A DNA stretch of 63,341 nucleotides, counting the filler, from Ministeria vibrans ATCC 50519 (Eukaryota; Protista; Filasterea): assembly GCA_943704425.1 (NCBI GenBank). It is 9 parts of 9 records of this genome, joined end to end, with 100 filler letters (N's around TTAATTAATTAA, not from the genome) between each part and the next. Parts side by side here need not be neighbours in the genome. Positions count along the whole stretch, not along the records: positions 1,258 to 12,906 come from CALSCP010000316.1; positions 13,007 to 14,646 come from CALSCP010001162.1; positions 14,747 to 23,930 come from CALSCP010002217.1; 6 more parts are not named here. One strand, given 5' to 3'. Below are positions 12,835-23,524 of the stretch, piece by piece. A program made the position numbers and the translations under genes. The number at the start of each line of letters is the position of its first letter. Within the stretch, counting starts at the first letter, position 1. The notes under the pieces were generated by a model. It worked only from the letters and a program-made list of their open reading frames with translations. It searched no databases and had not been told where the DNA came from.

Positions 12835-13059
12835 CTGTGAGTAAGAAAGAAGCAAAAAAATGACGTTGATTGAATGTGTTTTTTTTTTTTTTTTTTTTTT
12901 TGAAAANNNNNNNNNNNNNNNNNNNNNNNNNNNNNNNNNNNNNNNNNNNNTTAATTAATTAANNNNNNNNNNNNNNNNNNNNNNNNNNNNNNNNNNNNNN
13001 NNNNNNCCCCCCCCCCCCCAAAAAAAAAAACACGCACGCACACACACACAAAACTTTAC

Positions 13060-13956
13060 CCAATGGCATCGACACCGTGTCCGGCCGACTCGCCTTGCAA
13101 TTGTAGTTGCCTCTCAATGTTCTGTGTAAAGTACTCTCGATTCACCTCGCTCTTGGGCACGGTGCCTTCGATTCCCAGTGCCTTGTCGCGCACTTGAACA
13201 GGCAGACCGTACTCAAGGTCAAGAATGCACGTCTGCCAAACACACCACAGTCAGTCACACACACACACATAAAGCACCGTCTCGTTTGCCGGCATACCTG
13301 ACACACATTCTTCAGCTTGGCACACGTCTGGCAGATTTCCGTTTTCTTCAACCGCATGCCTTTGCCAGGCACCTGAAACAGACGGGTCGACAGGCACGTT
13401 AGACAAGCACGCAAGGACAAAACGAAACCATTCGACAAAAACAAAAGCGTCTCTTCATCCCGCCTGCTGCCAGCAGAGGTAGTCAAGAAAGAAGACCCTC
13501 TAACAGGATGGGCTTGAGCTGCAAGCGCCAGAGTGGGCTGGAAGAGCGCAAGACACGCAGTAAAATGTTCGCCGAGACGACTTTTTTTTAAAAAACGGCG
13601 CACCCCACCGCCAGACGACCATACGAGCCAACGGCGATAGGCGGGTCAAGCGAGCCGTGCGTCAGAGCGTCGCTGGCGCACCGCAACAGTCAACAACAGT
13701 CAAAACAACAGAGAGTGCGCAGTCGATTCAAAAAAGAGAAAAAAAAAAAAAAAGAAGAAGAAAAAGGTCAACTTACCCATCGAAAGACTGTAAAGGGACG
13801 AGCGCAGATCTTGCACTCCTTGCCAAACCTCTCCTTGGTCATGCGCATGTAGGGGTTGTCGCCAAGACAGGTTTGGCACAGAATGGGAAAGTCGCTGTTC
13901 TCCCAGCCCTGTCGACCGACTGTAGTCGCCGACCGCGACGACATTTGCTTGGCCAT
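13060..13956 (-). CDS. RBM22: Pre-mRNA splicing factor RBM22/Slt11, N-terminal exons (3' truncated)
   Basis: [24 protein letters not shown]...[13 protein letters not shown]|...[17 protein letters not shown]|[16 protein letters not shown]. Confidence 0.95.
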
Positions 13957-14762
13957 GATGAATACCAGTTACGGGGTAAGCGCCAAAGAATTAAGCAATA
14001 AAATTAATATTTAATATAATAAAAATTTAGAAGAAGTCAAGAAGAACTCTGAACTCTGAAGAAGACGACATTTCCAATTTATATTATCAATCATGACAAC
14101 ACAAACAGCTCAGAACCACTTTCTAAGGTAAATAAATTTAAGCTTAAAGCTACGGAAGCGTCGAGAGGGAGAGATTTAAAATAGTCTTTAAAGTGTAAGT
14201 GTAGCAATCATACAATGAAGAGTAATACAATGCTTCCGCCATATATAGGTTAGCCCCAGAAAGATGGAGCATTTATACTCCAATCATAGAGTATTAAGTG
14301 ATAAACCTAAAGGCTAAATAAGACTATAGACGAACTATAGACTCACAAATGTAAAATACGAAGAAGCCCCAAGGGAATTCGGAGAGAGGCACGCACACGC
14401 GAGAGCACGTACGTGCGAGACAGCAATGCCCGCAGCAGCATGTTGCCTCTAAGGCGCTTTCATGTACGGCGGCGACCAGTGATCGGGGACACTAGTCACC
14501 ACGGTTCACGGCGGCAGGATGGCGAGGACCCCAGGGGGGGAAGGAACCAGCCTGTACATGTGCCTTTCCATGTGGGTGTCGCGGGAGTGTCGCGGATTCG
14601 TGGTCAGTAATTTCGGTGGTGCACAAATGGAACACGGGTGGGGGGGNNNNNNNNNNNNNNNNNNNNNNNNNNNNNNNNNNNNNNNNNNNNTTAATTAATT
14701 AANNNNNNNNNNNNNNNNNNNNNNNNNNNNNNNNNNNNNNNNNNNNCAGGATAAAAAGAAAT

Positions 14763-15104
<342 letters not shown>

Positions 15105-15122
15105 TTAAATCAACTGATCCAT

Positions 15123-15313
15123 TTTGAATTGGCGATCGCTGTCAAAGGAGATTTGTGCAAATCGAGAGGGGTTGGTGTCAAAAAGGCACGGTGGTGTCAA
15201 ACGGGCAAAGTACCTCAAAAAGGCACGTTGGCCTCAAAAAGGCACGTCTCTCATTGGCCAAGACCCTTACATAGGGGCGACCCCTCGGAGTGTGTCGCCA
15301 AAAAGTATATAAG
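15123..15313. promoter_or_regulatory. Bidirectional H4/H2B promoter with repeated motifs
   Basis: TCAAAAAGGCACG x3 (15178-15190, 15215-15227, 15234-15246), TTTGAATTGG at 15123-15132, ATTGG (reverse CCAAT) near 15253, TATATAA near 15306. Confidence 0.7.
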
Positions 15314-15372
15314 CGAGAATTTAACGTTTTTTTCATCACTTTTGTTTCACATTTACAAAACCAAATCACATC

Positions 15373-15832
15373 ATGCCCCCGAAAGCAGGAAAGAAGGCCG
15401 AGAAGAAGGCTGGCAAGAAGGCCGCCAAGAAGGGAGGAGACAAGAAGGGCGGACGGTAAGACAACTTCAAACATACTTTGTATTTGGCGCGCAAATTTCT
15501 CAACGGTTATTTCTCTCTCTTCTTTTGTTGTATATAGCCGCAAGCGCCGTAAGGAATCGTACGGCATCTACATCTACAAGGTGTTGAAGCAGGTGCACCC
15601 CGACACTGGTGTCTCCACCAAGGCCATGAGCATCATGAACTCGTTTGTCAACGACATCTTCGAGCGCATTGCCGCCGAGGCCTCCAAGCTCGCCTACGTC
15701 AACAAGAAGTCGACCATCTCGAGCCGCGAAATCCAGACCGCCGTCCGCCTGCTCCTCCCCGGTGAGCTCGCCAAGCACGCCGTCTCCGAGGGCACCAAGG
15801 CCGTCACCAAGTACACGTCGACCTCCAAGTAA
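15373..15832 (+). CDS. H2B: Histone H2B (intron 15456-15537)
   Basis: [12 protein letters not shown]...|[24 protein letters not shown]...[16 protein letters not shown]. Confidence 0.98.
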
Positions 15833-15872
15833 ATCGTGCGTCTACAACAACAACCCCCAACAAACCAACCCT

Positions 15873-15888
15873 GGTGTTTTTAAACACC
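15873..15888 (+). promoter_or_regulatory. Histone mRNA 3' stem-loop
   Basis: GGTGTT-TTTA-AACACC (6-bp stem, 4-nt loop) 40 nt after the H2B stop, with AC-rich flanks. Confidence 0.85.
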
Positions 15889-16406
15889 ACAACCCCTTAC
15901 ATTTCTCCAGTGGAGATGCGATTCATATTTTCATTTTGTGGACATGATTTACTTTTTCTTTGTTGTGTGGCACAAACTAAATAATTATTATTATGATTAT
16001 TTTAATTGTGCTGAGACTTCTTCTCTCAAGGATTGTTAAACACACATCAATGGTGTTTTAAAACACTGCCATCTCTTACATTTCCCCAGAGGAGACTCAA
16101 CTAGCCAAGTTGTTATTTTTTGTAAGTTGAAGTTCCAAGTTTGTTCACAACTAATTTTTCTTGCTCATGAAGGAACTTCGCTTCTTAACTACACTATACA
16201 TCGTCGATTCTTTTTTGACGGTGTCGTCCCTGCCTTTGGACTTACATTTTGAGAAGTATAGACGTTGACTGCGTTGTTGAAGAATGAAGCACGAATGAAG
16301 ACTCTAATGTATTTTCTTAATCATAAAAATAATGACAACTGAAATCTTTTAATGTTTAATTATAATTCATCTTTTTTAATTTTTTTTCATCATTATTATT
16401 GTCTTT

Positions 16407-18268
16407 ATGCATCCTTGCCGGTTACGTTGCCTGTCAAGGACCTTCTCCACGGCAGTAAAGCAGGTGGTGCCCGCCGGTTGGCACGCTGACATTGGTTTGG
16501 AAGTTCACGCTCAAATTCACACTGATCGCAAACTTTTCTCGGGTACGTTCCGCCTCTCATTGTCAGACATTCACGTATAATTTCTCCCTCCTCTCTTTTG
16601 GTACGTATAGATGCCCCTGTGCGCTTTGGCGAGCCAGTCAATTCGTGTGCAACCTTTCTCGATCGTGGTCTGCCCGGGACACTTCCTGTTGTCAATCGTG
16701 CCTGTGTTCAGGCTGCCGTGCGCACCGCCGTGCTCCTCAATGCCCGTGTCAACCTCAAGAGTGACTGGGATCGTAAACACTACGTGTACCGCGACCTGCC
16801 GCTCGGTAGGAGACACAAATCCATTGAATATCATCACAACACCAATGATTGTTTCAAACTCCTTCTCTTGTAGGGTATCAGATCACGCAGCAACGACGAC
16901 CCATTGCCTCGGAAGGACACTTGGATGTGGGCGAGCACAAGCGTCGCGTGGACATTGAACGTATCCAGCTGGAACAGGACAGTGGCAAGTCGGTGTGGGG
17001 CGAAGGGGAGGGGGAGACGATCGAACGGCGTGTCGTCGACTTGAATCGTGCGGGCGTGGGTCTCATGGAAATCATCACGCGTCCCTGTCTGCATGACGGC
17101 GCCGATGCCGAAGCATTTGTGCGTACCCTGCGCGACGCCCTCGTGCGTCTCGGTGTCAATGATGGCAAAATGGCTGAAGGCTCAATGCGTGTTGACGCCA
17201 ATGTGAGTGTGCGTCGAGTCGATTCCGCCGAGCTGGGCACGCGTGCCGAAGTGAAGAATGTCACGGGTCTGCGTTACCTTCGACGCGCCATTGACTATGA
17301 GATCCGTCGACAGGTACAGCTCCTTGAGTCGGGTGGTGTGGTGGAGCGTGAGACTCGCGGCTTTGACGCACGCGGCGGAGGGCGCACGGTGGACATGCGC
17401 CACAAAGAGGCAGCAGCGGACTATCGCTTCATGCCCGAACCCGACTTGCCTACGTTGGAGGTGTCCGCCAACGAAGTAGACGCTCTTCGCCGCGAGACAC
17501 ACGAACACCTGGCGCGCACAGAAGAACATGGTGACGGCGGCGCGAATGGGCCCTGCGCAGCCCTCACGTCACAGCTGCACAACGAACATGCCATTCCTCA
17601 CGAAGTGGCACACACCCTTGCAACCTCCCCGGGCGCCTTTGACTTCTTCACGGCCACCCTCCCACACACAGCAATGCCGCCATCGCGCGTTGCCCACTGG
17701 GTCGCTGTCGAGCTGCGCGGGCGCCTCCAGCAGCACCGTCGCGCCCTTGTCGAACGGCCCTGTGTCGTTCAGCCGGCCGCCTTTGCCTCCCTCCTCCAAC
17801 TTGTCCACGACAACGTACTTTACTTCATTAACTCCGCTTAGGCTATAGTCAAATTTATTATTGTTTTTTTACACCCTGTTTTAGCGGGTTCCTCCTGTGG
17901 GCGCTAAAGAGGTCCTCAAGCGAATGGTGAGCGACAGCACTGGCTTAGGCGCACAAGAACCCATCGAGCTTGCCACGATGCTCAAAGTGCGACTCGACCA
18001 CCACCACCAAGCCACAACGACGCAGGGCAACACTGACGTCAGCAGCAGCGACGACGACGACGACATCACAGAGCAACTGGTCGAGCGTGTGCTAAGGGCA
18101 CACGAAGGGGCACTGCGACGTGCCAAGACGCACTCCAAGCGCACACACAAGGCCGTTGGGATGGTTCTGATGGAGCTGCGTGCACAAGGTTTGCCAATGT
18201 TGCCGCCCCAGCACATTGCGTCGGTGGTGGCTGCTCTGTTACCAAAGGTCATTCCCAACGACGATTGA
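16407..18268 (+). CDS. GATB: Mitochondrial glutamyl-tRNA(Gln) amidotransferase subunit B (4 exons)
   Basis: Transit-like N-terminus, IGLEVHAQ, KLFS, LPGTLPVVN, DRKHYVYRDLP, GYQITQ, IQLEQDSGK, DLNRAGVGLMEII, MRVDANVS, EVKN, YRFMPEPDLP. Confidence 0.95.
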
Positions 18269-18510
18269 AGAGACGAGCGTGTGTAGACTTGTAATGTGTA
18301 ATAAATTTATTATTATGAATTATTATTACGACGATTGAAGAGACGAGCGTCTGCAGACTTGCAATGAGTAATAAATTTATTATTATGAATTACTATTGCG
18401 ACGATTGAAGAGACGAGCGTGTGCAGGCTTGCAAGGTGTAATAAATTTATTACTATGAATTATTATTGCGACGATTGAAGAGACGAGCGTGTGTCGACTT
18501 GTAATGTGTA
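18258..18510 (+). repeat. 70-bp tandem repeat, about 3.6 copies
   Basis: ACGATTGAAGAGACGAGCGT recurs at 18261, 18331, 18401 and 18471. Confidence 0.95.
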
Positions 18511-18566
18511 GTAAAAACTATTTTTTAGTATGTTTGTGACAGTGTGTGACATGTCTCTCGCGATTT

Positions 18567-19605
18567 CTACTCGGATCGAGCGGCATTGATTTGCTTGAGG
18601 GCCAAGTAAAGTGCCTGTGTGCCCTTGAGGCCGTTTCCCTGCGCCTTGACGCTGACATACAGCTGATGGGCGAGGGCAAGACCCGGCAGAGCGAGGTTGA
18701 GCGCACGACACTCGTCAAGGGCAATTTCAAGGTCCTTGACAAAGTGTTGGACAAAAAAGCCTGGCTCGTAGTCACCCTTGAGAATGCGTGGCGCATACGC
18801 CGTCAGACTGAAGCTGCCCGCGGCTCCACCGCCCACCGCTCGAATGGTCGCCTCAGGATCCAGACCTACACTCTGGGCGTAGAGGAGTCCCTCGCAAACA
18901 CCAACCATGGCACTGGCAATCAAAATCTGGTTCGTCATCTTCGTCTGCTGCCCAAGTCCATGACTGCCCATGTAGTTGGATGTTTTCGACATGGCCGCGA
19001 AGAGCGGAGCGACCTCTTTGAACGCCAGCTCGTCACCCCCACACATGATTGTGAGCGTTGCATTGCGCGCTCCAATATCGCCTAAAAACAAACATGACAC
19101 CATTCGCTCAGACTCTGTCGAGGCATGCGTGCGTTGCGTATGTCGATACCGCCCGAGACTGGTGCATCAAGGGCAAAAATTGCCTTTGCGTTTGCTGCAT
19201 CGCCAATCTTTTTCGCGAGTGATGGACGCGACGTGGTCATGTCCACTGCAATACTGCCCGGCTGCATGTACGGCAGAGCACCCGTCTCGCTGTCGAGCCA
19301 CACCGACTCAACCTGCGCCCAGACTAGCGTGTTAGGGAGTGCTGTGAATTTTGTTTCACACAGTTGTTTACGTCGGAGGGAAAGCCCACAATCGAAAAGA
19401 CGACGTCGCACTGCTCGGCGACGGCTCTCGGTGACTTGACCAACTGTGCTCCCATAGCAACAACATCAGCGGCCTTGGATGGCGTTCGTGTGTACACAAA
19501 CGGAGCGGTGAAGCCTGCTCTAATGAGATGCTGCAACATCGAACTCCCCATCACCCCCGTTCCAATCCATCCAATCTTGGTGATTCCCGCCTTGACAGAG
19601 TGCAT
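18567..19605 (-). CDS. 3-hydroxyisobutyrate dehydrogenase / tartronate semialdehyde reductase family (3 exons)
   Basis: IGWIGTGVMG, VDMTTS, LDAPVSGG|DIGA, GLGQQTKMTNQI, PGFFVQHFVKDL. Confidence 0.92.
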
Positions 19606-19822
19606 ATTCAGATCAAAACAAACAAATGGGAAACAAAAGATAAAATCGCGAAATAGAAAAATAAATAGATTCACGAATCACGAGTGACTGCGTGTCATCG
19701 GTCATTTTATTCGGTCTGCGGTCATTTTTTTTAATCAAGGAATCACCCACATTCTTCACGCACCTGTTTACTACCCACACACACCCCATACTCCTCAGCT
19801 CTTACACTCCTCTCCTTTTGCA

Positions 19823-22800
19823 ATGTCGTCGCAGAACAAAAACTTTCCTGGACACAATTACGCCCTTTTCATTGGACGAAGCCTTTACGACAATGAACTT
19901 GCGCTTGACCCGCTGTCAGGCGTCGCCTCCACTGCACGCAACACGGCCGTCGACCTTGTCCGCAATGGCTTCAATGTGCTTGTCCTCACTGATACGCCCA
20001 TGGCACTGTCTCAGCCTGGTTTTAACCAACCAACTCTCGAAGAAAAATACATTGCTGACGCTGACCACGCCACGAAACAGACCAAAACCCTACACTGGAC
20101 GGTCAAAGAAAAGCCCGCGAGAAAGCACATCCTCGCCGCTCTAGAGAAGCTTGAAACTCTTGTGCCTGGCCATCACCCGAGCTCTCAGGACCAGCTCATC
20201 GTCTATATTTGTTCGCACGGCCTCCTCAACGCCAAGGACAACTCGTACGGCGCAGCACTCGGAGACACTCTATGCACAGCATCTCGCCCAACTCTCCCCA
20301 CCAGCTACGATGGCGCTTACACAATGGCGCAGCTGAAGAAGGATTTGGGCGTTGACAGCACGAAACCCTGGCGTAACGTCCTCGTCGTCCTCGACACCTG
20401 TTTCTCGGGAGACGCCTTTGATGCGACCAAGGTGTCGCTGCGTGCTAGGGGGAACATTGAAACGGACCAAATGCAATGGTTCTATCAGAGCGAGTCGTAC
20501 CAGTGTTTGGCGGGAGCGCCTTGCGGGCGCAATGCTTTTTGTTTGCCTCAAGGCACAACGCTGCATACAGCGCTGCGACGAGCCTGGCTCTCTCCTGGTG
20601 GCGATGGTGGGGCATTCGCGCGTGAGAAAGAAGGTGCTGCTCAGTGGGCGACGGTCAGGTGCTTGGCAGACCGCGTCAATGAGGAACTGGCGGCTGAGAT
20701 GAAGCGACTGACGTCAACCCTGCTTAAGAGACCCGACGTCTGCGAGCCCCGTCAGACTTGTCTGCTGGGACGACTTCCTTGGCGCTGCAGTCACAACACA
20801 GGCGAGTTTATCGTATTTAACAAGAACTACAAAGAGCGCAACAAGCTCGAGATGATACCCGTACTGCCCACCTGCTTCACAGGCCGCACGGCTCAACTGG
20901 CGGAGCTACACTCGCGACTGATGAGTGATAGACATCCGGCGATCGGCAACAACATTGCTGTAAGTGCAGCGGGTGGTATGGGCAAGAGTGCCATGGCGGC
21001 AATGTACTCGACGCAATATGTGAATGACTACACGTGGCTGTTGTGGGTGCGCGGCTCGAACGCCGGAACGATCGTGGCGTCGTTTCGTGCGGCGGCCGCG
21101 TATATTCCTCTGTCAGAGGTGACGAGCGCAACTAAAGACGAGGAGGTGGTTGTGATGATACGACGGTGGCTAGGACACGAGAACGGCTGGCTGATGGTGG
21201 TGGATGGGTGGGATACCGTGACTAAGGAGATGGTGGCGATGCTGCCCATGGGACAGACGGCCGGGGATATTATTATAACCACCCGTCTGCATAGTCTTTG
21301 CGATTTTGGAGGACTCTTTGGCGGTGGGGTCGGGGGAGGAAGTGGTACACCTTTGTTTCTGGATGTACTAGAGGATGATGAGGCGTTGGATTACTTGCTT
21401 GAGAGACTGCCCACCCGGAGAGAGGAGAGTGAGGGGCTGCGAAAGGTGGTGGTGAGCCTGGGAAAAATGCCTCTTGCTCTTGAGCTTGCAAGTGCCTACC
21501 TTTCTAAATTTGAAACCGTTAGTGTGAGTGCGTATCTAAAGAAACTGCGTGTAGACCGATTGAATGCACTGCAGAACCTACGAACAGGCGACGGAGAGGT
21601 GGTGAATCAAGTGCTGGCGACGTATGTGCCAAGCATCGTGCGAGCACTGGAGACTGAATCACAAGACATGGTGAAGAAGATTGTAAGTGTGATTGGGTTT
21701 GTCGACGGTAGTGGAGTTGAAGCCGATCTGCTGCGCCTATTGGTGGTGAGGCGAAGACACGGAGAGGAAGAGGGGGCGGGAGAGGATGATTTTGATATGG
21801 CACTCTCGGTGTTGCGTGGACTCTCAGTTTTGAAGGTGAAGGGGAAGAGTGTAAGCGTACATGAGCTGGTGCAGGATGTGTGTCGGACCATGGCATTTGC
21901 TTCTGAGGAGGATAGATGGAAGGTATTGTTGGGCATAGGGACGGCGTTGAAGGAAGAAATTGAAGACGTGGAGAAGATCTACTCTGCGATGGAGTGGAGT
22001 CGAAAAATTGGAGTGCATGGTATGAAGTGTTTGGAACGGATGGTGGAGAGAAAAAGCCAGGACGATGTGGCTGTGTGGCTTGGAGTGCGGCTGGCGCAGT
22101 TGTGGCAACTCAATGGTCAGTTTGGTGAGGCGATGCGTGGGATTGAAATGGGTATTCAGTGTCTTGGAAAGGATTCAACAGTTGCGGTCAGGGCGTTGGC
22201 TACAAAAGCCGGCGTGTTTCACGATCAGGGCGCGTACGGACTTGCTCTTGAACTTCTACTTGGTTTGGAGGCTCATCCTCTCCAATCAGAAAAGGGGGCG
22301 ATTTTGAACGGCATAGCAGCTGCGTACAAGGCACAAGGAGACTACCCAAATGCTCTTAGTTATTACAAGCGTGCTCTAGATGCCATACAGGAAGCTCTTG
22401 GATCAGACCACCCATCCGCTGCCGACACGTTGAATAACATGGGTATTGTGTTCCGGGCACAAGGAGACTACACTAGTGCTCTCGAACACTATAACAGTGC
22501 TCTGTCAATCAAAGAGAAGTCTCTTGGTGCATTCCACCCATCAACAGGCGACTCTCTCAATAACATCGCATGTGTGTTTCGTGCTACTGGTAAATATGAA
22601 CGCTCCCTGAAATTCAATAAGAGAGCACATGGAATCAACCTTGAAACTGTTGGTGAATTGCACCCATCTACCGGCAAGACTCTCAACAATATTGCTCTTG
22701 TATACTACTCACAAAAAAAATACTCTTTTGCCCTCGATAACTATATGCATGCTCTGACCATTCGAGAGAATTCCCTTGGTTCTGTCCACCCATTAACAGG

Positions 22801-23524
22801 CCAGACACTATACAATATCGCCAATGTCATGCAGGCACGCGGCGAGTACAGGGATGCTCTTGAATATTATGAGCGCGCACTCTCTATCCGTCAACGCTCA
22901 CTTGGTCGGAATCACCAGTTTGTCGGCCAGGTCTGGAACAACATGGCTACTTTATTCCGTACTCAGGGGATCTATACCCGCGCTCTTGAATGCTATGAAC
23001 GTGCTTTGAGTATTCGCACGATATCTTTTTCTGCGGACCACCCAGACATTATCCGCACACGCACCAACATTGCGCTTGTGTATGTATATCTCAATCAAAG
23101 GGATCACAATGACGCTCTAGCGGAGTACTGTAGCTACGCAATAAGTATTTTTAAGAATCTTCCATGTGATCCGTATGCAGGAGACACACTGATTCTCATG
23201 GCCATTGTGCTTTATTCGTGTGAGGAATACGACTGCGCTCTGGAGTGTAATTTGCAGGCTCTCACCATCTGTAAGAAATTCCTTGAGCCCCACCACTCAT
23301 TCGCGGGCCACATTTTAGTCAATATGGCAATCTTGCATGAGGCAAAAAAAAATTATACTCAGGCCCTTGAGTGTTTTACGCGTGCCATAGCCATCTACCG
23401 GGAGATACTTTCTCTCAATTCAATCAACTACCAAACCACACTCACCAGTTTAAACAAAATGGTTGGAGTGGCCAGCAACCGAAATCTGCCCGTCGCGCTT
23501 TTGAGTACCATGAATGTGCTTTGA
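19823..23524 (+). CDS. NLR-like protein: caspase-like peptidase C14 + NB-ARC/STAND NTPase + TPR array (single exon, 1233 aa)
   Basis: ALFIG...YICSHG...VVLDTCFSG; Walker A AAGGMGKS; Walker B WLMVVDGWD; IIITTR; GKMPLALELASAYL; VHELVQ; about 9-10 42-aa repeats LGxxHPxxxxxLNNIA. Confidence 0.9.
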   Translation: MSSQNKNFPGHNYALFIGRSLYDNELALDPLSGVASTARNTAVDLVRNGFNVLVLTDTPMALSQPGFNQPTLEEKYIADADHATKQTKTLHWTVKEKPARKHILAALEKLETLVPGHHPSSQDQLIVYICSHGLLNAKDNSYGAALGDTLCTASRPTLPTSYDGAYTMAQLKKDLGVDSTKPWRNVLVVLDTCFSGDAFDATKVSLRARGNIETDQMQWFYQSESYQCLAGAPCGRNAFCLPQGTTLHTALRRAWLSPGGDGGAFAREKEGAAQWATVRCLADRVNEELAAEMKRLTSTLLKRPDVCEPRQTCLLGRLPWRCSHNTGEFIVFNKNYKERNKLEMIPVLPTCFTGRTAQLAELHSRLMSDRHPAIGNNIAVSAAGGMGKSAMAAMYSTQYVNDYTWLLWVRGSNAGTIVASFRAAAAYIPLSEVTSATKDEEVVVMIRRWLGHENGWLMVVDGWDTVTKEMVAMLPMGQTAGDIIITTRLHSLCDFGGLFGGGVGGGSGTPLFLDVLEDDEALDYLLERLPTRREESEGLRKVVVSLGKMPLALELASAYLSKFETVSVSAYLKKLRVDRLNALQNLRTGDGEVVNQVLATYVPSIVRALETESQDMVKKIVSVIGFVDGSGVEADLLRLLVVRRRHGEEEGAGEDDFDMALSVLRGLSVLKVKGKSVSVHELVQDVCRTMAFASEEDRWKVLLGIGTALKEEIEDVEKIYSAMEWSRKIGVHGMKCLERMVERKSQDDVAVWLGVRLAQLWQLNGQFGEAMRGIEMGIQCLGKDSTVAVRALATKAGVFHDQGAYGLALELLLGLEAHPLQSEKGAILNGIAAAYKAQGDYPNALSYYKRALDAIQEALGSDHPSAADTLNNMGIVFRAQGDYTSALEHYNSALSIKEKSLGAFHPSTGDSLNNIACVFRATGKYERSLKFNKRAHGINLETVGELHPSTGKTLNNIALVYYSQKKYSFALDNYMHALTIRENSLGSVHPLTGQTLYNIANVMQARGEYRDALEYYERALSIRQRSLGRNHQFVGQVWNNMATLFRTQGIYTRALECYERALSIRTISFSADHPDIIRTRTNIALVYVYLNQRDHNDALAEYCSYAISIFKNLPCDPYAGDTLILMAIVLYSCEEYDCALECNLQALTICKKFLEPHHSFAGHILVNMAILHEAKKNYTQALECFTRAIAIYREILSLNSINYQTTLTSLNKMVGVASNRNLPVALLSTMNVL

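Noticed and set aside
13960-14646. Possible tRNA/snRNA in larger intergenic regions (also 25800-26400 and 53860-54730)
   Set aside because: No cloverleaf or U1/U2/U4/U5/U6 signature recognised by eye; an Infernal/tRNAscan run would be needed.
18258-18510. CRISPR-like array
   Set aside because: The apparent spacers are near-identical, it is a plain 70-bp tandem repeat, the context is eukaryotic, and no cas genes are present.
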